Shown: positions 7,487 through 16,558, counted from the first letter of the stretch. The stretch is DNA of 64,000 nucleotides from Chitinophagales bacterium (GCA_026003335.1 BPHB01000002.1:857363-921362), one strand, 5' to 3'. Made by a program: numbers and translations. The notes: generated from the sequence alone by a model not told the origin.

Positions 7487-9758
7487 TCGGATTAAGGTAA
7501 TGTTGACTTTCCAGCACATGTTTGCAACGAGATAAAGCCCACAAAGGGAAAACATTACGATAAGATGTATAAGTAATCATACAGTTATGGTTGAAAACCC
7601 CGCTTATGTTTTCCTGCGGCCAATCTCCATCGGTTTGTTGTCGCTGCAGCAGCAAAGTCATCCCTTTTTGAGCTCCGGCTCGGGCTTCCGGAAAATCACA
7701 GTTAAGCAGCGACATAACTGCCCAGGCGGTATGAATAATTTGGGAATGATCCGTCTCTGTATAGAGCTTTTTCACGCAAGACTGATAAGACTCGCCCCAT
7801 CCGCCATCGGACTTCTGCTTGGATAACAGAAACATCCCTGCCCGATAGAGTGCGTCAAGCATCTGTTTACGTAAGGCATTATCTACAGGCATGAACCCTT
7901 CCTGCATCGCGCGTAAATATGCGCGCAGTGCCTCGGTTGCAAACCATGTTCCATAGGTGAAGCAAACAGCCCACGAGCCATACCAGGAGCCATCGGGGCG
8001 TTGTTGTCGCAAAATAAAACCTATTCCGCGCCTTACGGCATCAGAGATCTGCGATGATTTATAATCAGGGTAGTGCCTGTTGAAAAGCAACAAAGCCTGT
8101 ACACATGCAGACGAGCACTCCGTGTAAGAATAGTCAATCATGATATTACCAAAAACCTCAGAAGGATTGAGCAACTCAAGCCATGCCGGACCCCGTGTGC
8201 ATTCGTAAGTTGCCCATCCCCCATCTTTGTTTTGCATGGATAATATCAGATTGACGGCCTGCTGCAATCTATTATCAGATATATTTTTTTTATCTACGAG
8301 ATCGTGCGTATGTATCAGCAAAACTGTTTTCAACCCCTCGGCCGTGCAATCGCTAATGGGCCATCCATGTTCAGAAGTGGAGAAGGGCCATCCGCCTACA
8401 GAATCGTGCCTGTAAAATTTTTTGTGCTCGCGGATTTCTTCCTTAATCTGTGCTACATCCAGATAATGGTATGCTTTTTCAATAAGGGGGTAAAAGTCGG
8501 AGGCTAGCCCTGATTCCATAATGGCCTGCGTGGCAAAGGCGGTATCCCATAGCTGCGAGCCGTTGTACCCCTGCATTTTCATACCATCTTCAGCCAGCCA
8601 AAGATAATCAAACCATCTTTCATAATGCTTTTTGAAAGCCTCCGAGTCTTTTCCGAACGCATGCCATACAACAATAGAGTTGATTACCTGATTGACGGGG
8701 CCTATGTTAATATACCCGGTATGATCATCTTCTGCACAGATGTAGCTGAGGATAAAATTTAATGCTCGTGACCTGAAAGCAGATATTTTTATTTTTTCAT
8801 ACACGTTGAGGAGCCGGTTTAAAAATTTCAGTACTCCTGACTGGGGGAAATATAAGTCGGTGGATGCACAGGCGTTCCTTGCCTGTATCCAGTCAATTTC
8901 CGCATAGGGCCGGGTGTAAATTTCCGTGCGCAATGCTTCGGTTAGCCTGGTGGTTCTTCCGGTGACACGATGACCGTAGCAATAAGACATAGGTAAATAC
9001 ACCATGCGTGCATGACACCAGAAGCGAGAGGGATGAAAGGGCAGACTTTCAGGCAGGAGCCACATTTCAGGGAACAATGAATTACATCCTTCCCATTCAT
9101 ACACTCCCAGCACGCTTAGATAAAATTTGCCCCAGGAAGGCACTCCAGTTGCTCCGCCATGAGCATGTATCCACGCACGTGCTTGAACCAACTCGGGTTC
9201 ATCGGGAGCATGCCCTAAAATCCTGAGAGCCACGTATTGCAGCACCGTTCCAAACATTGTGGAAGGACCTTCCAGATGCATACCCCAGCCTCCATCAGCA
9301 TTTTGATGGTTCAGAAAATAACGGGCAATAAGTGCACGGTGCGGGGCAGGCAAGGGCGATTCGGTTATATAAGAAGCAATAATCAGTCCCGGCAATAAAA
9401 ACATGGGCCCGCCATAATCTCCGGGCCAATAGCCTCCGGAGGTTTGCAAACGGGCATAAAATTCAATAGCTTTTCGTAGGGCTCCATTTAAACCAGTTTG
9501 CTGAGAAGGCTGATGTCTTTGGCCATTGGGGTGTTGGGCGGCTGCATGCCAGCGGTAAACTTTGTCTGAGCTGTTGACATTGCTGGTTTTGCTCCTGACA
9601 AAGGAAGCCGCCATTTCTTTCAGAAAAACACGCCCCCGCGGACCTTGCCAGTCTTCTTCAGTAAAATGATCAAAAGGCTCCGGAGGGCAAAATTGCCAGC
9701 GCTGTCTTCCATCCGGATCAAACAGTGGTTTCCAATATTTCCAATACGTTGTATTCAT
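7455..9758 (-). CDS. Oxidosqualene cyclase (cycloartenol-synthase-like)
   Basis: It has the DCTAEG catalytic motif (WPISDCTAEGLK) rather than the DxDDTA of squalene-hopene cyclases. It carries multiple QW repeats (QNADGGWG, QNKDGGWA, QRPDGSWYGSW, QKSDGGWGES, QQTDGDWPQ), plus MQGYNGSQLWDTAFA and an N-terminal GRQRWQF. An alternative ATG lies at 9791. Confidence 0.92.
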   Translation of the reverse strand: MNTTYWKYWKPLFDPDGRQRWQFCPPEPFDHFTEEDWQGPRGRVFLKEMAASFVRSKTSNVNSSDKVYRWHAAAQHPNGQRHQPSQQTGLNGALRKAIEFYARLQTSGGYWPGDYGGPMFLLPGLIIASYITESPLPAPHRALIARYFLNHQNADGGWGMHLEGPSTMFGTVLQYVALRILGHAPDEPELVQARAWIHAHGGATGVPSWGKFYLSVLGVYEWEGCNSLFPEMWLLPESLPFHPSRFWCHARMVYLPMSYCYGHRVTGRTTRLTEALRTEIYTRPYAEIDWIQARNACASTDLYFPQSGVLKFLNRLLNVYEKIKISAFRSRALNFILSYICAEDDHTGYINIGPVNQVINSIVVWHAFGKDSEAFKKHYERWFDYLWLAEDGMKMQGYNGSQLWDTAFATQAIMESGLASDFYPLIEKAYHYLDVAQIKEEIREHKKFYRHDSVGGWPFSTSEHGWPISDCTAEGLKTVLLIHTHDLVDKKNISDNRLQQAVNLILSMQNKDGGWATYECTRGPAWLELLNPSEVFGNIMIDYSYTECSSACVQALLLFNRHYPDYKSSQISDAVRRGIGFILRQQRPDGSWYGSWAVCFTYGTWFATEALRAYLRAMQEGFMPVDNALRKQMLDALYRAGMFLLSKQKSDGGWGESYQSCVKKLYTETDHSQIIHTAWAVMSLLNCDFPEARAGAQKGMTLLLQRQQTDGDWPQENISGVFNHNCMITYTSYRNVFPLWALSRCKHVLESQHYLNPNEKQSVFGSV

Positions 9759-9797
9759 TAAGTAAGTTGTACAATGCAACCAAATACGCATGCAATC

Positions 9798-9813
9798 TCA
9801 TCATTAATGATGA
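9798..9813. promoter_or_regulatory. 16-bp perfect palindrome TCATCATTAATGATGA in the divergent spacer between the cyclase arm and the squalene synthase arm (candidate operator)
   Basis: Read directly; every one of the 8 base pairs around the 9805/9806 centre is complementary. Any function is inferred from position only. Confidence 0.3.
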
Positions 9814-9885
9814 ATGCAGGATTGATAAATGTTAAAATTCCTGTTTCGGACGGTTTCTAATTTTCACTAGTAATTATTCAGCACC

Positions 9886-11094
9886 ATGATACGGGAACTT
9901 ATACAATCCATGGAGCACCCATCGGAAATTATTGCCATGTTGCGGCTGAAGCTGGGTGGCTTTGACCTGGCTCACAACAAAGAGCCCCTTGACGTGGTTG
10001 CGGAGAAGTCCAGTGATAAATATTTCTGCTATGCTGCACTGAATGCGGTATCCCGATCTTTTGCCGTTGTGATTCAACAACTACCAGAAGAGCTCAAAGA
10101 TCCGGTATGTGTGTTTTATCTGGTTTTGCGAGGATTAGACTCCATTGAAGATGACATGACCTACCCCAGGGAGAAAAGGCTTCCTCTGCTCAGAAATTTT
10201 CACGCCAAGCTCTACCAGGAAGGATGGAACATTTCAGGAGTAGGAGACCAGAAAGACTATCGTCTGCTTCTGGAAAATTTTGACAAGGTTATCCGGGTAT
10301 TCAAAAAGTTAGATCCTGCATATAAAAATGTCATTGCAGATATCTGCGAGCGCATGGGTAACGGTATGGCTGACTATGCAGAGCGTTCAGTGACCACACT
10401 GGAAGACTATAACGAATATTGTTTTTATGTAGCCGGATTGGTGGGTATAGGTTTGTCCAATCTTTTTTCCGCATCCGGGCTGGAATCTCCAGAACTGCAA
10501 AAGCGAGAAGACCTTTCCCGGTCAATGGGCCTGCTGCTGCAGAAAACAAATATTTCGCGCGACTATTATGAAGACCTTAGCCTCGGACGTGCTTTCTGGC
10601 CTAAGGAGGTGTGGGGGAAATATTCAGATAATCTGGAATTGCTGCACAATGAGCCTGAGTCCAAAGCTGCGCTGGCTTGTCTGAATGAGTTAGTAACTGA
10701 TGCCCTGCAGCATGTTTCCAACTGTGTGATTTATCTGAATATGATTCGCCATCCGCAGGTATTTCGCTTTTGCGCCATTCCGCAGGTTATGGCACTGGCT
10801 ACTTTGGCAAAAATTTATAACAATCCGAATGTGTTTACGGAAGTCGTTAAAATCCGAAAGGGGATAGCCGCGAAAATGATGCTTTACATGAAAGACATGA
10901 ACTCAGTGAGGAAAGCGATGCTGGAATTTGTAGGTGATATTCATTTGAAACTGGACCCTGAAGATCCGAATTTCCTGAACACCAAAAAGGCGCTCAACAG
11001 AATTACAGAAGCGCTGGATGAAGTGAAATGGCGTGACCTAAGTATTCTTCCGCCCCGCTTAAAGGAATCAGGTGTAACCAAAAGCCTTACATGA
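9886..11094 (+). CDS. Squalene synthase (eukaryote-type farnesyl-diphosphate farnesyltransferase)
   Basis: 402 aa. It has the N-terminal HPSEIIAMLRLKLGG, YLVLRGLDSIEDD (first Asp-rich motif), YCFYVAGLVGIGLS, LQKTNISRDYYEDL and AIPQVMALATL. The C-terminus (KESGVTKSLT) has no hydrophobic tail. Confidence 0.9.
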   Translation: MIRELIQSMEHPSEIIAMLRLKLGGFDLAHNKEPLDVVAEKSSDKYFCYAALNAVSRSFAVVIQQLPEELKDPVCVFYLVLRGLDSIEDDMTYPREKRLPLLRNFHAKLYQEGWNISGVGDQKDYRLLLENFDKVIRVFKKLDPAYKNVIADICERMGNGMADYAERSVTTLEDYNEYCFYVAGLVGIGLSNLFSASGLESPELQKREDLSRSMGLLLQKTNISRDYYEDLSLGRAFWPKEVWGKYSDNLELLHNEPESKAALACLNELVTDALQHVSNCVIYLNMIRHPQVFRFCAIPQVMALATLAKIYNNPNVFTEVVKIRKGIAAKMMLYMKDMNSVRKAMLEFVGDIHLKLDPEDPNFLNTKKALNRITEALDEVKWRDLSILPPRLKESGVTKSLT

Positions 11095-12488
11095 ACGGCA
11101 TGCCCGCACAGATGCTCGCCCCGAAAACAGCGAGCGTATCCTCTGATAATGCCTATGTTTCCCAGGAATGGTATGATGTCTGCATCATCGGTGCCGGAGT
11201 GGCCGGTGGTGTGCTGGCAGCCTTTCTTGCCGATCATGGCAAGCGGGTAGCAGTCATTGAGCGCAATCTGGCGGAACCCGATCGCATCATCGGAGAGTTG
11301 CTGCAGCCCGGGGGGCTGCAGCAACTCTCCGCTATGGGCCTAAACCATCTGACCGAAGGTTTTGACGCACAGCCTATTGAAGGATATGCGCTGTTCATGG
11401 AGGGCAACAGCTTCAGTATCAAATATCCCGAAGGAAAAACCGGCAGAGGCTTCCGCAACGGCAAATTCATTAAAAAAATACGCGACTATCTTAGCTCCCA
11501 TCCTCACGTTACGCTTATAGAAGGGAGGGCGGATGACCTTGTTGAATCAAACGGAATCATTTGCGGAGTAAAATATCTTAGCAGCTCCGACCGACAGCAT
11601 CGCCAAGTTCATGCTTTCCTCACCGTAGCCAGTGATGGCATGTTTTCTTCTTTCAGAGAAAAACTTGCATACGGTGACAAGAAAGTTACCGGCTATTTTC
11701 TTGGTCTCATTCTCAAAGGATGTCTTCTTCCCCACCCCAATCATGGCCATGTAATCATCACCGACACCTCTCCCTGCCTGGTTTATCCTATTAGCTCGCA
11801 AGACATCCGGATATTGATTGATTTTCCCGGTGAACAACCTCCGCCAAAAGGAGTTGAGCTGATTTGTTTTCTGAAAGAAAAGATTGCTCCTCAACTTCCG
11901 CAATCTATACAACCTTCCTTTCTGGAAGCGATTGCAGAAAGTAAGTTCCGCTTTATGCCTAATCATCTCATTCCGGCCCGTCCGTGGTTCAAACAAGGGG
12001 CCGTGCTGTTGGGGGATTCGCTGAACATGCGCCATCCTCTTACCGGTGGAGGCATGACCGTTGCCCTTACGGATGTATATGTTTTAGGTTCACTTTTGCT
12101 TGAAAAGAAAAACACCTTTAACAGCCGTGCACTTGCCCTGGTAATACGAAGATTCTACCAACAACGCAGCAGCCACAATGCCACCATTAACATTCTGGCA
12201 GATGCTCTGTATAAAGTCATGAGGAGTCGCGAGCTCAAAATCGCCTGTTATAATTACCTGAAGCGCGGCAGCACCTACGCCTCCGAACCCGTGGCTATCC
12301 TCTCGGCCATCTCAAGAGACGTCCGTCTGCTGCTGAAGCATTTTTTTGCCGTAGCCTTTTTCGGAGCTTTTGACTTGCTTAAGCCTTATCCCACTTTATC
12401 AGGAGTCAAACGCGCTGTCCTTATGGTGCATGACGCAGTACGTATTATTTTTCCTCTTATACGAAACGAGCGCTTTAAGATCTTTTAA
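11091..12488 (+). CDS. Squalene monooxygenase (flavoprotein squalene epoxidase)
   Basis: It has VCIIGAGVAGG (GxGxxG), ERNLAEPDRIIGELLQPGG and GDSLNMRHPLTGGGMTVAL, as in eukaryotic SQLE/ERG1 as I recall them. Its start overlaps the squalene synthase stop (ATGA at 11091-11094). Confidence 0.9.
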   Translation: MNGMPAQMLAPKTASVSSDNAYVSQEWYDVCIIGAGVAGGVLAAFLADHGKRVAVIERNLAEPDRIIGELLQPGGLQQLSAMGLNHLTEGFDAQPIEGYALFMEGNSFSIKYPEGKTGRGFRNGKFIKKIRDYLSSHPHVTLIEGRADDLVESNGIICGVKYLSSSDRQHRQVHAFLTVASDGMFSSFREKLAYGDKKVTGYFLGLILKGCLLPHPNHGHVIITDTSPCLVYPISSQDIRILIDFPGEQPPPKGVELICFLKEKIAPQLPQSIQPSFLEAIAESKFRFMPNHLIPARPWFKQGAVLLGDSLNMRHPLTGGGMTVALTDVYVLGSLLLEKKNTFNSRALALVIRRFYQQRSSHNATINILADALYKVMRSRELKIACYNYLKRGSTYASEPVAILSAISRDVRLLLKHFFAVAFFGAFDLLKPYPTLSGVKRAVLMVHDAVRIIFPLIRNERFKIF

Positions 12489-13718
12489 CTAATACACCGC
12501 AATTTTTTGTTTAAACACTAAAGCGCCATCGTCCGTAATTACAGAAATTATGAACATGCCTCTTCCCATAAGCGGTATTTCGCTTATGGATGTATATCCT
12601 TCTGTATCCAACAGGATTCGCCCGGTGAGGTCCATTATGCGGATGTGATAAGTATATTCGGAATCGCCCTGTACACGTATATAAAGCACTTTGTTTTTAA
12701 CTTCTGTCATCACGCTTGTGCAATACCGCGGCCGCTGTTCAGGTAATGTAGTTGCCAATTTCCCGCTGAAAAGTAACTCTGCATAGACCGGAAGGTGATC
12801 GCTCATATAGTAAAGCGCTTGGCTGATATTTTCCGGCACGCAGACTCCCACTGGCGGATCAATAACCGCCTTATTAAAGTGCAGCCCGCAGTTGCCTATT
12901 GCCCTGCAGGATCCGGGAATCAGCTGCAGCCTATTTGCTCCGCTGGTTATATCTGCTGAATGAAAAATAAAATCAAACCGGTCATCCAGTCCACCAGTAG
13001 CACCACCGCCAAATGCCGCCAGTCGCGTGCTTTGCGTATGCAAGGCGGCAAAGTCAGGGTTGTTGCTCCATATGCCGGCCTGCAGCGGATCAAAGAGTGG
13101 CACCTCAGCCAATGAATCTACCAGAAGCTGGTAGCCTGCTTCCGAATAGGAATAGAAATTAAAGTCCCCACCAGCAAGAATGTTGACCGGTTCATCTAAG
13201 GCTTCATAAAACGCTTTAAGCCTAAGCAATTCATCATATCTCAGGTTTTCATTCTGGATGCCCTTACTGGAACGCAGATGCACTACAAACAGATTCAAAA
13301 AAACGGTATCCGTATAATTTAAGTAGTCGCCCTTTAAAAATATTTTGTAATAACTATGATCCCGTAAAGCAGTGGGAATATTTTCCTGGTGTACGATGCC
13401 TGTTTTTAATGCATTATAGAAAAGCATGTTGTCACTATCCGGTCCATTGATGAATGCAGCACGGGAATATGCGCCCGGAAAAACAGAATCTATTGCCTGA
13501 AGCAACATATCTGCTCCTGTATCATTAGTCAACTCACCAACCAAAAGCACATCAGGTTTTACAAAAGAGCAAATTTCTTTAAAATAAGTAGCCCGCTGCG
13601 GAGTACTGCCCGGATAATTCAACACATTATAATACATAACGCGCAGTGTATCCTGTGCATGCAGGATAATCTGCCCAAAGAGCAACAAAATTCCCAAAAG
13701 AGCCAAACGCAAATACAT
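12489..13718 (-). CDS. Secreted endonuclease/exonuclease/phosphatase (EEP) family protein with T9SS type A-like C-terminal sorting domain
   Basis: Signal peptide MYLRLALLGILLLFGQIILHAQ. EEP-like strings are RVMYYNVLNYPG, GGDFNFY and DRFDFIF..SDHLPVY. The C-terminal beta-rich ~80 aa ends in FKQKIAVY. Confidence 0.7.
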   Translation of the reverse strand: MYLRLALLGILLLFGQIILHAQDTLRVMYYNVLNYPGSTPQRATYFKEICSFVKPDVLLVGELTNDTGADMLLQAIDSVFPGAYSRAAFINGPDSDNMLFYNALKTGIVHQENIPTALRDHSYYKIFLKGDYLNYTDTVFLNLFVVHLRSSKGIQNENLRYDELLRLKAFYEALDEPVNILAGGDFNFYSYSEAGYQLLVDSLAEVPLFDPLQAGIWSNNPDFAALHTQSTRLAAFGGGATGGLDDRFDFIFHSADITSGANRLQLIPGSCRAIGNCGLHFNKAVIDPPVGVCVPENISQALYYMSDHLPVYAELLFSGKLATTLPEQRPRYCTSVMTEVKNKVLYIRVQGDSEYTYHIRIMDLTGRILLDTEGYTSISEIPLMGRGMFIISVITDDGALVFKQKIAVY

Positions 13719-13768
13719 CCGAAATCCCTGGCAAGATTAAGCCTTTGGAAGCCTGTAAAATGGATTAT

Positions 13769-16543
13769 TCAGCGGATAAGCGTGACATTTCCAGCTTCGC
13801 GCACTATCTGTCCGTTAAACAACTGTAAAATGAAAAGATAGGTATAAACGCCTACCGGCTGCGGCTCATCTTTGAAAATGCCATTCCAGGGCGTCACAGC
13901 ATCGTGTACTATTTGCCCCCAACGGTTAAAAATCTTAAACTCTTTCACGGTAACACCACTGGCTTTCAATATAAAAAACGCATCATTCATGCCATCCTGG
14001 TTGGGAGAAAAGGCACTGGGGATGGCATAGGCATCCGGTAATATTACCCGGATGAACACGCTTTCAGAGGCCGCACATCCTTCAGGTGAACGAACTACTA
14101 AAGTATATTCCTGATTAGAAGAAGGCGTTACAACAGGAGCAGGACAATCTGTACAGCTAATATCAAGATCAGGAATCCAATAAAAGCTATCTACAGATGG
14201 TCCGGATAAGTCTATATCTGTTCCCAACGTAACGCTGCTGCCTGATTCCACAGAAGTGTCAGCCGGAAATACGGTAAATGCAGGAGGAGCAATAATCGTA
14301 GCCTGAAAGGCATTTACCGAAGCTCCCGCGCAGCCTGCTGAATCGGTGACCGTCACCGAATAAACCCCATCATCATAAATTCTTATGGTGGGAGCAGTGC
14401 TGCCATTTGACCACTGATAGCTTCTGAAATCCCCTATTACGGAAAGAAGAATACTTTCACCGGCACATATACGATTGGTATCTGCCTGAAGAACGGGAGC
14501 CGGCAGGGGATTGACTACTACTGTAACGGAATCAAAACGGGAGCAACGGGTCCCCTGCACTTCAACAGTAAACGTGTACGATCCGATGGCACCTTGGGGG
14601 AAAAGCACCTGGGGATTCGGAGCAGTTGCACTGGATAGGTATCCCAGCGCTGCGGGAGGATTGGCTGTCCAGCGATAAGCCGTACCTGGAGGGCCTGTGG
14701 GACTGCCGCCTAATATTATCATCGGGCTGCCATCACACACCACCGTGTCCCGTCCAGCATCAGCCGGAGGGGCAGGAATCACATTAACCCAAACAGTATC
14801 TGCAGCGGAATTATCACAGGTGTCATAGGCAGTTCCTACATACATGGTTGTGGTTTCCGGATAAACAGTTGCCACAGAATCTGTCAGGCCGCTGGGTGTC
14901 CATAAATAGTGCGGATAAGGAGGCACTCCATAATCAGGAACAGAAACCAGATGCACGGGGGTACCTGCACACACCGTATCCCAAATGGTAAGCACTCTGC
15001 CATTCACTTCAGCATGTACTACATTTTCAATAGTCCGGCCTTCCACCGTAACGGCAAAGAAACTCCCGATGGCGCAATTATAAGCGCAACTCTCCGGGCA
15101 CTGAAAGGTGCGGTTTTTCAGAGTAAAGGGCAGCAGATAGTCCGGGCACTGAGGTTTCACGCAGGCCGCGAAATTGGCAAAACGCAAGGCCCCGGCACCG
15201 GGCACTTTACGGGGATCTGTTGTACAGGTTCCCAGATAGGGGCTTACATTGGTTGTGTCGCACCTAAGCTGACCCGTTGAGCCGCACGGACCCACTACTT
15301 CCATGGACACATCCGTGAAAATGCAAAAGGGTTGTGGATGACCGGGAGTAACGGTAGCGCAGGTAATCGTATCAGAATTTTTGTATTCCACGTCTATATA
15401 CACATCAAAAAGCTCAGTCTTGCCCGGCACGTTTACTATCAGCGTATAATCACAACTCTGAGGGCTGCGGGTAAAGGCCATATCCGCTCCTGCAAAGACG
15501 GTATCCGGCAAATAGTAGTGCAGAAATTTTCCTAAGCTGTCGCGTCCAGCAAGCACCACGGGATCAATTGTTACCGGATAACTGGTATGCGGGCTCGCAA
15601 GCCAGTCCACAGGTATCAGGGTCATCAACCGGTAATCATTTCCGTTTTGCTGAATGCGGTAGAATCCATACAGCCCTACTCCTTGTTTGTCATAACATAC
15701 CGGACGGCTGAAGCGAAAGGCAAAGCTGGTGTTTTCACTGTGTATTTCCAGGTCACCCATCCAGAGATCTTCTTCGTAGGAACGGCCATTGGTTTTATGC
15801 AGAGTCATTGCGGGCGGTAGAGTAATAATGTCTTCAAAAACCATCCATTGCAGGCCTGCCCATCCTTGCAGCGGCTCTTTGATAATGTAGTTGGTTTTTA
15901 CCTGGCCCGCTTCAAATATCTGCTGTATATCAATGTTTTCCCATGCCTCTTTGGTAAGAACCCCGCTTTCCCCCACGGAACTATGGGTAAAATCAACTCC
16001 GGATGGCAAATGGATATGGCCGTTTTTATCCAAAAAATATAAAGCAAGCCGGCTGTTGAATGCCAATCGCAACGGACCACTTTCAAGGGTCACTTCATTT
16101 CGGCTCTGATCATAATAAGCCGGAAAAGGTTGATTAAGAGCGGCAAAAAGATTAGGCTTCCCGGACACCGGCTTCAGCCTGGGATCAATGGTTCTGAGCC
16201 ATCCACTGGCATCACGGTAGTGTAAAGGAAAATAAGATTTCTGAATATAAAAGTGCTGGATGTTATTCGGATCAATAAAATAGCGTGTAAAGAAATCTCG
16301 TTTATGCAACAACTCCACGCAATCATGGCAACCTGCCTTGTACGGCAGCACTCCGAATTCGGGATGTTTCCGGAATTCCGGAGGAGTATGCTGAAGAACA
16401 GTAGCAGTAATGTGTATCTTGTCTTCAGTAAAGCCGGTGAAATTATGCTGGCGCACCTGCATTCCATTATCTGCGCCCTGCGCCAGTGAACAGAGCATAC
16501 AGAACACACTTAGTGCCAGCAAACGCAGGATTATGATTATCAT
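13769..16543 (-). CDS. Large secreted protein with gliding-motility-associated / T9SS type B C-terminal domain
   Basis: 924 aa with signal peptide MIIIILRLLALSVFCMLCSLAQG. The C-terminus reads AFSPNQDGMNDAFFIL...FKIFNRWGQIVHD...GNVTLIR. Confidence 0.8.
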   Translation of the reverse strand: MIIIILRLLALSVFCMLCSLAQGADNGMQVRQHNFTGFTEDKIHITATVLQHTPPEFRKHPEFGVLPYKAGCHDCVELLHKRDFFTRYFIDPNNIQHFYIQKSYFPLHYRDASGWLRTIDPRLKPVSGKPNLFAALNQPFPAYYDQSRNEVTLESGPLRLAFNSRLALYFLDKNGHIHLPSGVDFTHSSVGESGVLTKEAWENIDIQQIFEAGQVKTNYIIKEPLQGWAGLQWMVFEDIITLPPAMTLHKTNGRSYEEDLWMGDLEIHSENTSFAFRFSRPVCYDKQGVGLYGFYRIQQNGNDYRLMTLIPVDWLASPHTSYPVTIDPVVLAGRDSLGKFLHYYLPDTVFAGADMAFTRSPQSCDYTLIVNVPGKTELFDVYIDVEYKNSDTITCATVTPGHPQPFCIFTDVSMEVVGPCGSTGQLRCDTTNVSPYLGTCTTDPRKVPGAGALRFANFAACVKPQCPDYLLPFTLKNRTFQCPESCAYNCAIGSFFAVTVEGRTIENVVHAEVNGRVLTIWDTVCAGTPVHLVSVPDYGVPPYPHYLWTPSGLTDSVATVYPETTTMYVGTAYDTCDNSAADTVWVNVIPAPPADAGRDTVVCDGSPMIILGGSPTGPPGTAYRWTANPPAALGYLSSATAPNPQVLFPQGAIGSYTFTVEVQGTRCSRFDSVTVVVNPLPAPVLQADTNRICAGESILLSVIGDFRSYQWSNGSTAPTIRIYDDGVYSVTVTDSAGCAGASVNAFQATIIAPPAFTVFPADTSVESGSSVTLGTDIDLSGPSVDSFYWIPDLDISCTDCPAPVVTPSSNQEYTLVVRSPEGCAASESVFIRVILPDAYAIPSAFSPNQDGMNDAFFILKASGVTVKEFKIFNRWGQIVHDAVTPWNGIFKDEPQPVGVYTYLFILQLFNGQIVREAGNVTLIR

Positions 16544-16558
16544 GAAATCAGATTCAGG

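Noticed and set aside
6872-7495. 207-aa plus-strand ORF inside the DHCR24-like gene
   Set aside because: It is antisense to a CDS with very strong family motifs and has no recognisable features.
1-12488. Possibility that the eukaryote-like sterol genes (DHCR24, OSC, SQS, SQE) are eukaryotic contamination or a chimeric assembly
   Set aside because: The genes are intron-less and packed with 4-32-nt overlaps and single-digit gaps. They are interleaved with bacterial-type genes (type-2 IDI, class II-like HMGR) and contiguous with T9SS/ECF genes on the same sequence. Read-level verification is still advisable, but the sequence itself argues for a bacterial locus.
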